This document shows positions 25,103 through 38,190 of a stretch of DNA of 64,000 bases, one piece after another. Source of the stretch: Octopus sinensis. Taxonomy: Eukaryota. Made by a program: the position numbers and the translations under genes. Under the pieces are notes generated by a model, which worked only from the letters and a program-made list of their open reading frames with translations, was not told the origin of the DNA and did not search any database. Position 1 is the first letter of the stretch, and the number at the start of each line of letters is the position of its first letter. The stretch is taken from NCBI RefSeq assembly GCF_006345805.1, contig NC_043009.1, positions 28,954,001 through 29,018,000 on the forward strand, read 5' to 3'.

Positions 25103-25125
25103 GGGAGTGGGGAGGGCGGGATGGG
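25103..25125 (+). promoter_or_regulatory. G-quadruplex-capable G-run cluster containing a GC box
   Basis: GGGAGTGGGGAGGGCGGGATGGG: five G3+ runs with 1-3-nt loops in very AT-rich DNA. Confidence 0.4.
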
Positions 25126-25767
25126 AGTGATGATGAAGAAAGCCAGAGACTTGTTAATTATTATATTTATGAACAATGGGCAAAAAATGTCCTTTAGAAT
25201 ATACTTTGCATTATAGCTGTTGTTGTTGTTCTTCTTCTCACAATGATGATAACTACAACAATGACAATGATGATGATGATCATCATCTGAATACATATAT
25301 ATATTTTTTTGCTGCCATCATTTTACTATTATTATTATTATTATGGATATATTATTTTTATTATTATTGTTATTATTATTATTACTATTATTATTACTAT
25401 TATTATTACTATTATTATTATTATCATCATTATTATTATCATTATTATTATCATCAGTATTACTGTCATCATCATCATCATCATTATTACCACTGTTTTT
25501 GTCATCACTGTCACTACATCTTTGTCCTCATCATTGTCATCATCATCATCTTCATCACCACTGTCATCATAGAAATAAATCTGAATTTTATTTTTCCCCT
25601 CTCCTCCTTTGATTTGTCTCGAAATCAATGGTTACTTAAATTAACTTTAACAATATTAAAGTTGATTTCTTTCTTTTTCTTTTTTTGTTTTTGTTTTGGC
25701 TTTTCTGTATCTTTTCTGTCTCATCCAAGTAAAAGAAGAGATTTTTTCAGTACAAACTGAGTATATA

Positions 25768-26340
25768 AAGAAGAAGAAGAAGAAGAAGAAAGAAGAAGAA
25801 GAAGAAGAAGAGAGAAGAGAAGAAGAAGGAAGAAGAAAGAAGAAGAAGAAGAAGAGGAGGAGAGAGGAGAAGGAGAGAGGAAGGAGGAAGAAGAAGAAGA
25901 GAGAGAGGAGGAGGAGGAGGAGGAGGAGAAGAAGAGGAGGAGAAGGAAGAGAAGGAGAAGAAGAAGAAGAAAGAAGAAGAGAAGGAGGAGGAGAGGAGAC
26001 GGAGAGAGGAGAAGAGGAGGAAGGATGAGAAGAGGACGAGAGAAGAGGAGAAGAGGAGAGACGAGAGAAGGCTAGAGGAGAAGAAGAGAGAAGGAGGAAG
26101 GAAGAAGGAGGAGAAGAAGAGGAGGAGGAGGAGAGAAGGGAGAGGAGAGAGAAGGAGAGAGAGGGAGGAAGAGAGAAGAAGAAAGAGAAGGAGGAAGAAG
26201 AGAAGAAGAGAAGAGAGAGCGGAAGGAGGAGGAAAAAGAGACAGCGAAGGATAGAAGAAGGAGGAGAGGAGGAGGAGAGAAGGAGGAGATGAAGGAAGAA
26301 GAAGAAGAAGAAGAAGAAGAAGAAGAAGAAGAAAAAGAAG
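25768..26340. repeat. (GAA/GGA)n polypurine tract
   Basis: Seen directly; a similar tract lies at 48700-49070. Confidence 0.95.
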
Positions 26341-29212
26341 ACCACTATACCACTATATCTACATAGAAACATGATTGTGCGCAATTTTTTTAATCATTTT
26401 AATTATTGACTCAATTCATATTTTCCAGCATACAATTTGATTTGAATATCCAATTGCAATTATAAGTTTGCAAGTTATAAAACTTAATTTTACTGTCATC
26501 TGTTATAGAATTTGGCTGTGTCTTGGAGTAGTTTTGCGAATGAGATTCTCAAACTGTAATATGAATTTATAACATAAGTATATCGGCGACATTTGTTCGA
26601 TATTTGCCTTTGGAATAACTTAACCCCATAACATTGGTTGTGATGTAAATTTACATGTGCTGTGTACTCACTTTGAATCAGATGATGAATATATACACAG
26701 CCCTATCTGCTCCGGTTTTGGACCTGTTTGTGTACTAGTTGATATAAATATCTGCTGTCTCTCACGGAATTGATAATAGAGGCCACCATGCAAATTTCAA
26801 AGAATCTGAAAGGTTTCTTAGACTCTTCATGTAAATATTTCCAACTCATTACAGACTTCATCAACAAAATAGTGTGAAAGCGGCAGTTTTGGCAGTTACA
26901 CCACCATTTCCATTATGACTTCCGATCAAATTCGTATATATTCAGCAAATTCTTCTGGTCCTTCACAGAATTTATAGTTGCATCCAGCCATGCCAGTTTC
27001 AATGAATTTATGATCCTCGCAGTGACGACAGTTTACACAAATAAAGAGTGCACTCTTTAAAGTAGTTCATGTAAATATATGCCAAACTGTTGTCGTGCAC
27101 TAATTGCTGATCATGGCTGAGATGATTACCATCAGTGCAACCTAGTAGCTACATAAAAAACCGTTGTCATGGAAATTTATAATAAGATAAATTGAACAAG
27201 GATTTTATTCATGCAATAGGATTTCTTTAAGACATGGCTGTGTGGATAAGGTGCTTGCTTCCCGACCACAAGGTTTCAGGTTCAGTCTTACTGTGTGGTA
27301 CTTTAAGTAAATGTCTTCTACTACAGCCTCACTCTCAGCAAAGCTTTTAAGTGGATTTGGAAGATGGAAACTGAAAGAAGTCCATTGTGTGTGTGTGTGT
27401 GTGTGTGTGTGCATCACAGTCATGATCTCAATTCCTGGGCCAAGTGGTGAGTTGTGTTTCTGTGCAAAACACTTCATTTCATGTGGCTCCAGTCCATTCA
27501 GCCCACATGTGCAGCCCTGTGATGGACTGGGGTCCTTCCATGGAAATGTTGTGATCTCTGTCACTTATGTGCCATGGAATCCAGGGAAATGGCACTGAGA
27601 GTCCTAGGACTCAAGACTCAAAGCAGTAATCTTTTATCTTTTACCTTTTACATGTTCCATGCAACTGGTTCTTAATTTATCGATCCCAAAAGGGTGAAAG
27701 GCAAAGTTGATCTCGGGGGAATTTGAACTCAGAACGTAAAGAAAGACGAAATACCGCTAAACATTTTGCCCGGCATGCTAACATTTCTGCCATCTCCCCC
27801 CACCTTATCAGAATGAAATATATAAGAAGTAACACAAACTGCTGTTACTCATTTGCATCTTAATATATTCATTATGACACATTATTTAAATAATTACTTG
27901 CTAAGAATATTAAATACGGTCTACCCTCACTTATTTGTTGGCTGTGAATAATTGAATAATTGAAACGAGAGTATAAAATATTAAAGGTGTATAAATTGAT
28001 TTTAAAAACAAGTGTGGCCTCCATGTTGATGTTTAGCCAATGGTGGTGAGCAGGTACAATCGATACCATGCTGGACAACATGCATAGTGGCATTTAGTAT
28101 GTCTTTACGGCCGGAGTTCAAATTCCGTTGAGGTTAACTTCACTTTTCATCCTTTGTGGGGTTGATAAAATAAGTACCAGTTGAGTACTGGGGTCGATAT
28201 CATTGACTTACCCTTCCTCCAAAGTTACTGGCCTAGTATCAAAATTTAAAATTAATATTTAGTCAAATATAGGGCCGTGAGCTGGCAGAAATATTAGCAC
28301 ACTGGGCAAAATGCTTAGCGGTATTTCGTCTGTTTTTACACTCTGAGTTCAAATTCCACCAAGGTCGACTTTGCCTTTCATCCTTTCAGGGTCGATAAAT
28401 TAAGTACCAGTTGCATACTGGGGTCGATCTTATCGACTGGCTCCCCCCCCCCAAAAAAAATTATGGGCCTTGTGCCTAGAGGAGAAAAGAAAAGAATAAT
28501 ATAAGTAACAGCTGATCACTGTAGGTTGATGTAATTGACCCAAACACTCCGCTGATGTTGCTGGCCTTGTGCCAAAAATTTTTAACCATTATTTAGGCAG
28601 CCCAGTAGCAAGCTGACAGAATCATTACTATGCCAGACAAAATGCTAAGAATCATTTAGTTTGTTTTTACATTCTGAACTCAAATTCTGGTGAGGCTAAC
28701 TTTGCCTTTCATCCTTTCAGGGTCGATAAATTAAGTACCAGTTATGTACTGGGGGTGGAGTGGGGCTCTATGTAATTGACTTCACCGAGGCCCCAAAATT
28801 GCTGGCATTGTGCCAAAATTTAAAACCAATATTTAGTCAACCTAAAAATATTAAGTGTGAATATTACTTTGAAAAAAAAATGCACAGAGTTCCTTCCTGT
28901 AAATGCATTAAAGAATCTGTGTTTATCCTTTATACAGTGGCATAATTATGGCAAGATTTCTGGGAGAAATGCAAGCAAATCGGAACCTGAGCACACTGAA
29001 AATGCAAGAATGTGGCAATAAGGATATTAAATAGGAAATATAATGGCTTTCTGAAACATTATTAAAGAAAGCAGCTTTCTGAATGGAAGATATATTTTCC
29101 TTTTAAATGCTTCTGGTAGATTACCAAAACTCTTTGACAGAATTTTTATTAAGGATTGCTCTATAGCAGACTGGACACCAACATGAGAACTAACAGAAGG
29201 AACAGCGATATG

Positions 29213-29250
<38 letters not shown>

Positions 29251-29489
29251 TATATAAACATATATGCATACATATACATACATATTATGTATGTATATAT
29301 ATATATATATGTATGTATTGTGCATTTAAACATACATAATACATATTATGTATGCATATATATCCATATATGTATGTGTCTGTGTGTCTGTGTGTGTATA
29401 CACATAATCACTCACATAAATGATTATACGTATATATACATATATACTTATATGGATATATAAACATGCATAATATATATTCATACATA

Positions 29490-30060
29490 TAAGCGAAATC
29501 AAAATCGAAGTCAAAATCGAATTGAACCAGCCAGTATCCCTGGACTGGTGGTACGTAAAAAGCACTATCCGACTCGTGGCCGATGCCAGCGCCGCCTCCA
29601 CTGGCTTCCGTGCCGGTGGCACGTAAAATACACCAATCTGACCGTACGACAGGCACCCATGCCAACCCCCTTGCTTGCGAAGACATGTTGGGGCAAGCGA
29701 AATTGAAATCGAATTGAACCAGCCAGGATCCCTGGTCTGGTGGTACGTAAAAAGCACCATCCGACTCGTGGCCGATGCCAGCACCGCCTCGTCTGGCTTC
29801 CGTGCCGGTGGCACATAAAATACACCAATCCGACCGTGGCCGTTGCCAGCCTCGCCTGGCACCTGTGCAGGTGGCACGTAAAAAGCACCCACTACACTCA
29901 CGGAGTGGTTGGCGTTAGGAAGGGCATCCAGCTGTAGAAACACTGCCAGATAAGACTGGAGCCTGGTGCAGCCTTCTGGCTTCCCAGAACCCTGGTCGAA
30001 CCGTCCAACCCATGCTAGCATGGAGAACGGACGTTAAACGATGATGATGATGATGATGAT
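29490..30060 (+). mobile_element. Retroposon family S3 ending in CCATGCTAGCATGG..GGACGTTAAA(TGA)n, with internal tandem modules
   Basis: Core CACTACACTCACGGAGTGGTTGGCGTTAGGAAGGGCATCCAGCTGTAG. Other copies at about 1-135(+), 1695-2035(-), 13415-13580(-), 17370-17630(+), 21650-21850(+), 24560-24745(+), 41290-41440(-), 50775-50960(-), 54010-54200(-), 59925-60110(+), 60545-61535(-). Confidence 0.85.
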
Positions 30061-31302
30061 GATATGCATGCATGTCATTGTTCAGTTTATTTCAAGATTT
30101 CTTGCCAATAGAGAAAGAGCCGGTTTCTAACCTAGATTCAAGGCTCCAGTATATGTACGTATGTATGAATATGATTAGATGTGCTTGATGCTTGACAGTC
30201 AAACCATTTGCACTTTGGCTCAACTGTTAGTTGCAGCTGCTTCAGAAGAGAAACTTTCAAAATATATCTTTCTTAAAACATAATAAAAGAATCCATGCAA
30301 AGATACAAAACTGTTTAAAACAAGGAAAAGATAAAATTATTCTGAGAAGCAGTTTTGGCTGCATAAAGTGCAGGCAGGGGTGAGTTTGTGGTTAAGAAAT
30401 TCTGCTTCCCAATCACATGGTTCCAGGTTCAATTCCACTGTGTGGCACTTAGGTTAAGTGTTTGTCTCCTTTTGTGGACAGGAGAAGACATGCACGGAAT
30501 GAAGTACCTTGTAAACTACCATGTCCAGGAATTGAACTTACACTCTTGTGATTGTGAGTCAAATACCATTACCACTTAATACTGAGTGTCTTTAATAGTA
30601 TAAAACAACATTGAAATAAGAAACCATTAACGAGTCACTGATGATTAATAAATATTGGACATGGACATAGTAAAGTTTATTGATAGTTATTGTAGAATAC
30701 TAGATTCAATGTAAAAATAAGAAATGCTTTATTATTTAACCCTAGGTCAACCCTGACTCTTCAGACCAATGATCAAAACTATTACATCCATGACCATCCC
30801 ATCTTATTTTCATGTGTACTTTATCTGAGACTTCATTCTAGATATTAGAAAAATGGTTAAAGATTAGTGCTTGTGCCAATTCTGCATTCTACTTTGTCTG
30901 ATAATTGGTACATTCTAATGTCTTCTGTAAAGCTCTTCATAAAATATATCCTAATACACAATACTTTGATGCCATTAAACATTTGGTCGGATAGTCCATC
31001 CATTCAACCATTCAACCATTTTTGCACCTCCATTGGGTCTTATCAGAAGGAACTACTATGAGAGAGTTGAGAGTTGTAGGAGTATGTAATTCTATGCATC
31101 TCATTCTTTAGTTCAAATCACTGCAGGGTTTAATAAAACGAATAATGGTAATATAATGAAATTAATTCAGAAGATTCTAATTAAATCACTAAATTATAAA
31201 CTTCTACCTCTGTAGGTCCAGACTTTATGCAAACAGAAAAATTAATTTTCTCCTTTTCCTGTATGTGTGTGCATATATATGTGAATACACACACACATAT
31301 GC

Positions 31303-31333
<31 letters not shown>

Positions 31334-31786
31334 TGATGTATGTATGTATGTATGTATGTATGTATGTATGTATGTATGTACGTATGGACGTACAGATGTA
31401 TGTGCAAGAGTATATTATGTAAAATGCATTCTTTTCTTGAGATAATATACCATTATTTCTTCTAATCTATAAACAGAGGCCATGGTGGTTCCTAGAAGAA
31501 TATAATGATTCCAAGATCTAAGTATGACAAAGACCCTTATTATAAGTCCGTTAACAGGTAAATTATACAATATAAATATTTAACAGTTGAACTATGCAAT
31601 ATGAATTGTTAATATTGACTAAATATTTAACTAAATCCATCATTATTATCATTTCCAAAATTAATTGAAACATAAGCAGTGAATTTCAATAGAAACACAG
31701 AAACAAAAGGGTTAAAGGTTGATACTCAGGTACTTAGAGCATTCATACATACATACATACATATATACATACATACATATGTATAT

Positions 31787-31828
<42 letters not shown>

Positions 31829-32380
31829 ATATATATATAATATATATATATATATACACATATATATACATATATATATAATATATATTTATATATATAA
31901 TATATATAATATATATTTATTCATATTCATATTGAAGAGGACATTGTGTAAAGTGCGTTCTTTTCTTGAGATAATATGGCATCAATTCCTCTAATCTATA
32001 GCTAGAGGCTATGGTGGCTTCTGGAAGAAAATAATGGTTCTAAAATATACTTTAAGATCTATAGATCTATGTATAACAATGACCCTATTATAGGTCTGCT
32101 AACAGGTGAATTATACAATATGAATATTTAGTTTCCTAATCAAGCATTAATCTCATTTTTGTTGTGGTTTTAATGAGAAAATGATAAATAGCTACTATAT
32201 CGTTATATCACACACCGTAGCTATTACATTTGTGCTTTTACAATTTAATTTGGCTAGGAGAGTTGATAACGAATTCTTTATAAGACTTCATGTATAGGGA
32301 AAAGAATTTCCTGGAATTCTGAACTGAAATCAATATGTGTGTGCATGTGTATGTGAATGTGTGTGTGAATGTATGCGTGA

Positions 32381-32428
<48 letters not shown>

Positions 32429-33124
32429 GTGAATTATATCTGAGGGCATATATTTTGATAAATAGACACATGCTTCTAGTCTTCTGAATATTTTACATGC
32501 GACCTATATATTTGGCACAGAAAATTATTAGCAGTTGCTAAGTGAATCATGAATGTAAAGGAATAAATGTTTCTTGCTTGCAATCTCTCTCTCTCTCTCT
32601 TTTCTCTTCTTCTATACACATACATACACACACACAGACGCATGCTTGCATGAATGCACACACATGTATGTGTGAATGTCTGTTGCTGTGCATATGTGCG
32701 TCTGCTTAAGTACCAAATATTTACATTTGTATGTGAAGTCACATGGCCTGGTGGTTAGGGAGTTGCATTCATGATCTAGCTATTGTGATTTCAATTCCTA
32801 GACTGGGCAGTGCATTGAATTCTTGAGCAAAACACTTTATCTCATTTCACTCTGCATTCACTTCGACACCTGACACATGGTACACAGTGCACCTGCTCAG
32901 ACCATGTTGATTTGATGCAAGGAGTGAATTAATGTGTGACACAAACATTTGATTAGTATAAAACAAATCAGTTGTGATGGTTATTCGGCAAATTCTGAAC
33001 GCCCACACGTCATCTTCGATAGGAGAGTCCATAATATACATATACATATGCATATTGATCACTAGATCCATATTGATCACTAAATCCACAAGTCTTTTTT
33101 TATTCAGTTTCGAAATTTCCCCAA

Positions 33125-33170
33125 GACACCTGATGAAGGTTGGAGGGTATATAAGCTGAAACATTGTGTT
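33125..33170 (+). ncRNA. Minimal type I hammerhead ribozyme-like motif in family P1 copy c (33105-33230); probably partly decayed
   Basis: Stem I GACAC/GTGTT, intact core CTGATGA, weakened stem II GGTTG/AAGCT, GAAAC, then ATT (copy b has GTT). Confidence 0.5.
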
Positions 33171-33340
33171 AACAACAAACAAGATGAGGACAAATATCTG
33201 TCAATTGCAAATAATGTAAATAATGTATAGTTTCTTAGATTTTGACTTGAGTCAAGAATTCTGGTACTTGGCACCACTTCTTAGCATGACATGAAATATA
33301 AATATCTATATATACATATATATATACACATATATATACA

Positions 33341-33372
<32 letters not shown>

Positions 33373-33490
33373 TATATATGTATATATATATATATACATA
33401 TATATATATGCTAGGCTACTGGTTTTAAATTGATGTTAATTAAATTAATATTCAATTTATCTCCCTCATTATTTAAATGTTTTTATATAT

Positions 33491-33530
<40 letters not shown>

Positions 33531-33589
33531 GCATACATATAAATGAGTGCATTTGCATATGCATATATACATATGTATGTATATATATA

Positions 33590-33631
<42 letters not shown>

Positions 33632-34610
33632 ACATACATCCCTCCCCACACATATATATATGCAGGTAATATTACCTCTGATGATGTAAGGTAATAAGGT
33701 ACATCCAATTAGTGCTCAAGTTGACTTATCTGTAAGTAAAAGCAGGGATGTTATTGTTGCCTGACAACAATTAACTGTAGGTGGTTTTCCAAGTGAACAA
33801 GTACAAGTCTAATGGAATAAAAGAATAAACAGGCAAAGCACTGGTATCAGGTTAGATTATGACATTTATATATTTTGTAAACTTGAGGGTTGAGTTGTAC
33901 AAAAGTATAGATCAATAGGGAAAAGGCAATAAAGTGTGCAGATCATTCCTTACAGCTGTTTCCAGAACAGATGTGTAGATTTAAGAACTGTACAAAAGTA
34001 TAGATCATAAGGGAAAAGGCAATAAGGTGTGCAGATCAGGCCTTACAGTTGTTTCAAAAATACATGTGCAGATGGTGCATTTCCCAGTAAAAGAACAATA
34101 GCTACTGTACAACTCAACACTCATGTTTATAAAATATATGAAAATCATAATGGAACTGATACTAGTTCTTTCCTGTTTATACAATACATATATACACATG
34201 CATGAACACATTCAGACAGTCTCAAGCAAATATGACCCCATAACTTGTGCAAAATTCTTGCTGGTAGTTTTTGGTACTTATGTAGGTGCAAGCAGACATA
34301 GACCCCTGCTCCCAACTCTCAGACTTTTCCTCATTGAATCTATTGAACGTTATGGATGTGATGGCTGGAGACAAAGATGAGAGTGTTGGAGAGAAAGATG
34401 GAAAGACAGAGAGAGGAAGGACAGCATTGTCCAACCCATGCAAGCATGGAAGCCAGATGTTAAATGATGATGATAAAGTTGATGATAATGATGATAATGT
34501 ATGTTGTATATTTATGTGAGCAAATGCACATTTTCTCTCTCACTCTGTTCCTTTGTGTGTGTGTGTATATATATATAGTGCTAGGTCGATAGATAGATGG
34601 ACAGACAGAC

Positions 34611-34657
<47 letters not shown>

Positions 34658-35035
34658 AGATAGATAGATAGTTAGATAGATAATAGATAGATACATAGAA
34701 ATATATGCATATGTGTTTGTGTGTGCATGTGTTAGTGCATTGCATTTAAGTAAAACAAGAACAGAAATTAAGAGTGTATAAGGAAGTGAGAAACATATTT
34801 TGAAATAAAAATGCTATTTAGATAATACAGAAATCATTTCCTAACCAATACGCCGTGTGGCTGAAAACTCCTCTGACAATAGACAAATCCATGAGGAACT
34901 GATATCCTAAATAATTTTGTCATTAATCTATTTTTATTTGAGAAGCACAAGTTATGTTAATTATCCATGTATAACTAAAATATAACCTTCTCTATTTACA
35001 CTGACGTTTCCTTGCCCTACCCTTCTCTCTTCCAG

Positions 35036-35091
35036 TCACCACTATTTATATAACCGCTCGTGACAACATTTCTCATTGCAAGTCATTATTT
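35036..35091 (+). CDS. Candidate 56-nt exon (xTTIYITARDNISHCKSLF)
   Basis: CTGAC branch point 30 nt upstream, near-pure pyrimidine tract, CAG acceptor, GTAAGT donor; only one open frame. Confidence 0.35.
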
Positions 35092-35181
35092 GTAAGTCTG
35101 TTATTTCGAAACCACTCTGCTACTTGCTGCCCAACTGTCTTATCATTCCTATCAAAATCTGTCCTCCCCACCAGTTCTGCT

Positions 35182-35246
<65 letters not shown>

Positions 35247-35463
35247 GCTACTGCTGCTGCTGTCATTATTGTTATTATTATTCATATTCTTATCTCTTTC
35301 TATGTTTGTTTCCACATTACTTTTATCATCAGTGCCCCTCCAGTGCCAGCAATGGCAGCTTATCTCTTCATGCATAAACAAAACACAAACAGTTTTCTCA
35401 GTATAATGAGCTTCTAAAGACAGTTAGGTCAGAGAACACATCTGGTGTTCTTTATTTTCCTAG

Positions 35464-35535
35464 CAGACATTGGTGGGCTACACAGCAAAGCCCTTCTTTA
35501 ATCAGTCATACTGTTCTTCTGAAATGCTTTATGTG
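35464..35535 (+). CDS. Candidate 72-nt exon (QTLVGYTAKPFFNQSYCSSEMLYV)
   Basis: TTCTTTATTTTCCTAG acceptor, GTG|GTATGT donor, phase-compatible with 35036-35091. Confidence 0.3.
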
Positions 35536-35825
35536 GTATGTTATTTAATGATTTTAGCCATTAAACCTCACCACTGCTATGTACACCAATGTGTACGTAT
35601 ATGCACAAATATATACGTATGTGTGTATGTACATGTGTAAGCTTGTATATGTGTGTATATGCATGTATATATATATATATAAGCATGTCTACATATACAT
35701 AAATTCTCATATACATATACATATCTTATATGTGTATGTGTGTGCTATATATGTATATATGTATTTATGCATGTATGTAATAATAATAATGATAATAATG
35801 ATAATAATATTAATATAATAATAAT

Positions 35826-35876
<51 letters not shown>

Positions 35877-37646
35877 AAAGGTTGAAAATATGTGGAAAAC
35901 ATTAAAAACTGGAAGAGAAATGCCTTCGTTTCACATAGTTAAATATCTTTTTATAAAGAAATTTTTTAAAATATATTCATATTTTATGGATGTAGTGATA
36001 TCCTCGGGTTTGGTGCTATAGTCCATCGATTTTGTTGGTTAAAATGACTAAATTTGTGTTGATTTCTTTTAATTCCTTAAGGATGTCTTCGTTGGTAATT
36101 TTATCTGATGTGGTGGAGGTAGGTTTTGCAGGCATTTTCTGTACCACGTGAGGCAAATGATAGAAATATAAAAATATATAAAAAAGGAGCAAAAATTTTC
36201 GAGATTCAAGGCACAGGAGTGGCTGTGTGGTAAGTAGCTTGCTTACCAACCACATGGTTCCAAGTTCAGTCTCACTGCGTGGCACCTCAGGCCGACCAAA
36301 GCCTTGTGAGGGGATTTGGTAGACAGAAACTGAAAGAAGCCTGTATATGTATATATATGTGTGTGTGTATGTTTGTGTATCTTTTGTTTGTCCTACCAAC
36401 ATCGCTTGACAACCGATGCTGGTGTGTTTATGTACCTGTAACTTAGCAGCTCAGCAAAAAGAACTGATAGAATAAGTACTAGGCTTACAAAGAATAAGTC
36501 CTAGGGATGATTTGCTCGATGAAAGCATGGCTGCAGTCAAATGACTGAAACAAGTAAAAGATTAAAAGAGTGTATATATATATATATATAGGTGCAGGCG
36601 TGGCTGTGTGGTAAGAAGTTTGCTTTCCAACCACATGCCTCTGGGTTCAGTTCAACTATTGGTATCTTGGACAAGTCACTTCTACTATAGCCCTAGATCA
36701 GGTCGATCAAAGCCTCATGAAGGAATTTGGAAGACAAATTCATCTTATACATGTGTGTGTGTGTGCCAGTTTGTTTACATCTGCATCACTTAGTGGTTTG
36801 GCAAAATCAGTATGTCCTGGGGTCAATTCATTCCACTAAGACCTTTAAAGTGGTGCCCCAGTATGGCCATGATTCAGTGACTGAAACAAGTAAAGGATAA
36901 AAGATAGAGACACAAAGAAATAAAGAGAGATAGTGAAAGACGGAAAGAGCAACATAAAAGTAGAGAGAGACAGAGAGAGGTATTAAATTATGTATGCTAT
37001 ATTTGTGACATTGGAGGATTGATGTCAGGAATAAACTTCGAAATTCGTCTACTGTTTTTACAAATTCTACTTAATAATTTATCATCAGCTTTATTCTTTT
37101 ATTCTTGTTTCAGTCAGTTGACTGTGGCCATGCTGGAGCACCACCTTTAGTTAAACAAATCGACCCAAGGACTTATTCTTTGTAAGCCTAGTACTTATGC
37201 TATCGGTCTCTTTTGCTAAACTGCTAAGATACGGGGACATAAACACACCGACATCGGTTGTCAAGCAATGCTAGTGGGGACAAACACAGACCCACAAACA
37301 CATGCATACATGATGGACTCTTCCGTCGTTAGACGACGCATGAGGGTTTGGCAATTTCTTGCTGAACAACCACACACATGATTTGTTTATAGTGATCAAA
37401 TGTTTGTGTAGACATAAACTAATTCCCTCCATCATATCGACATTACCTGTACAGGTGCAATGGGTGTCACATGTCAGATGATGAAATGACTGCAGAACAT
37501 GGGAAATGAAGTGCTTTGCTCAAGAACACAATGCAATGCCCAGCCTGGGAATCGAACCCATGCCCTTGCAATTGTGAGGGCAACACATTAACCACTAAGC
37601 CATACATGATCACATACATAAATACATACATACATATATATATATA

Positions 37647-37842
37647 AATATTTTAATAATTATATACATAATTATAACAAGTGATTGGCTATATGCCTCT
37701 CCATGCACTGGAAAAATAGATGCCAAAAGACTATTACCACCTTAAAATCTCCAAGAATAAAACATTGGGTCTATTTTTCAGCACATGGAGAGGCTTATAG
37801 CCAATTCCTTGTTATAATTATGCATATAATTATTAAAATATT
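37647..37842. repeat. Fold-back inverted repeat, ~80-bp arms, 38-nt loop
   Basis: 37647-37726 is the reverse complement of 37765-37842 with a few mismatches or gaps. Confidence 0.9.
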
Positions 37843-37924
37843 CGTAAAATTTACCTATAATGTTTTTATTTCAATGCTGACCCCCTGGTAAATCATTAAT
37901 GATTTTTACCCTTTATTATAATAT

Positions 37925-37992
<68 letters not shown>

Positions 37993-38154
37993 TATATATA
38001 TGATGGGCTTCTTTCAGTTTCCATCTACCAAATCTACTCACAAGGTTTTACTTGGCCTAAGGCTATAGTTGAAGACACTTGCCCAAGGTGCCACTAATCA
38101 CATCTTTTAGTAACAAAATGAGAAACAATAAACTTATTTACTCAGAGGTTACTA

Positions 38155-38190
<36 letters not shown>

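Noticed and set aside
28938-29210. GIIMARFLGEMQANRNLSTLKMQECG, reminiscent of an RI-type leucine-rich repeat
   Set aside because: Single imperfect unit, no convincing donor, in-frame stop follows, and no neighbouring LRR exons.
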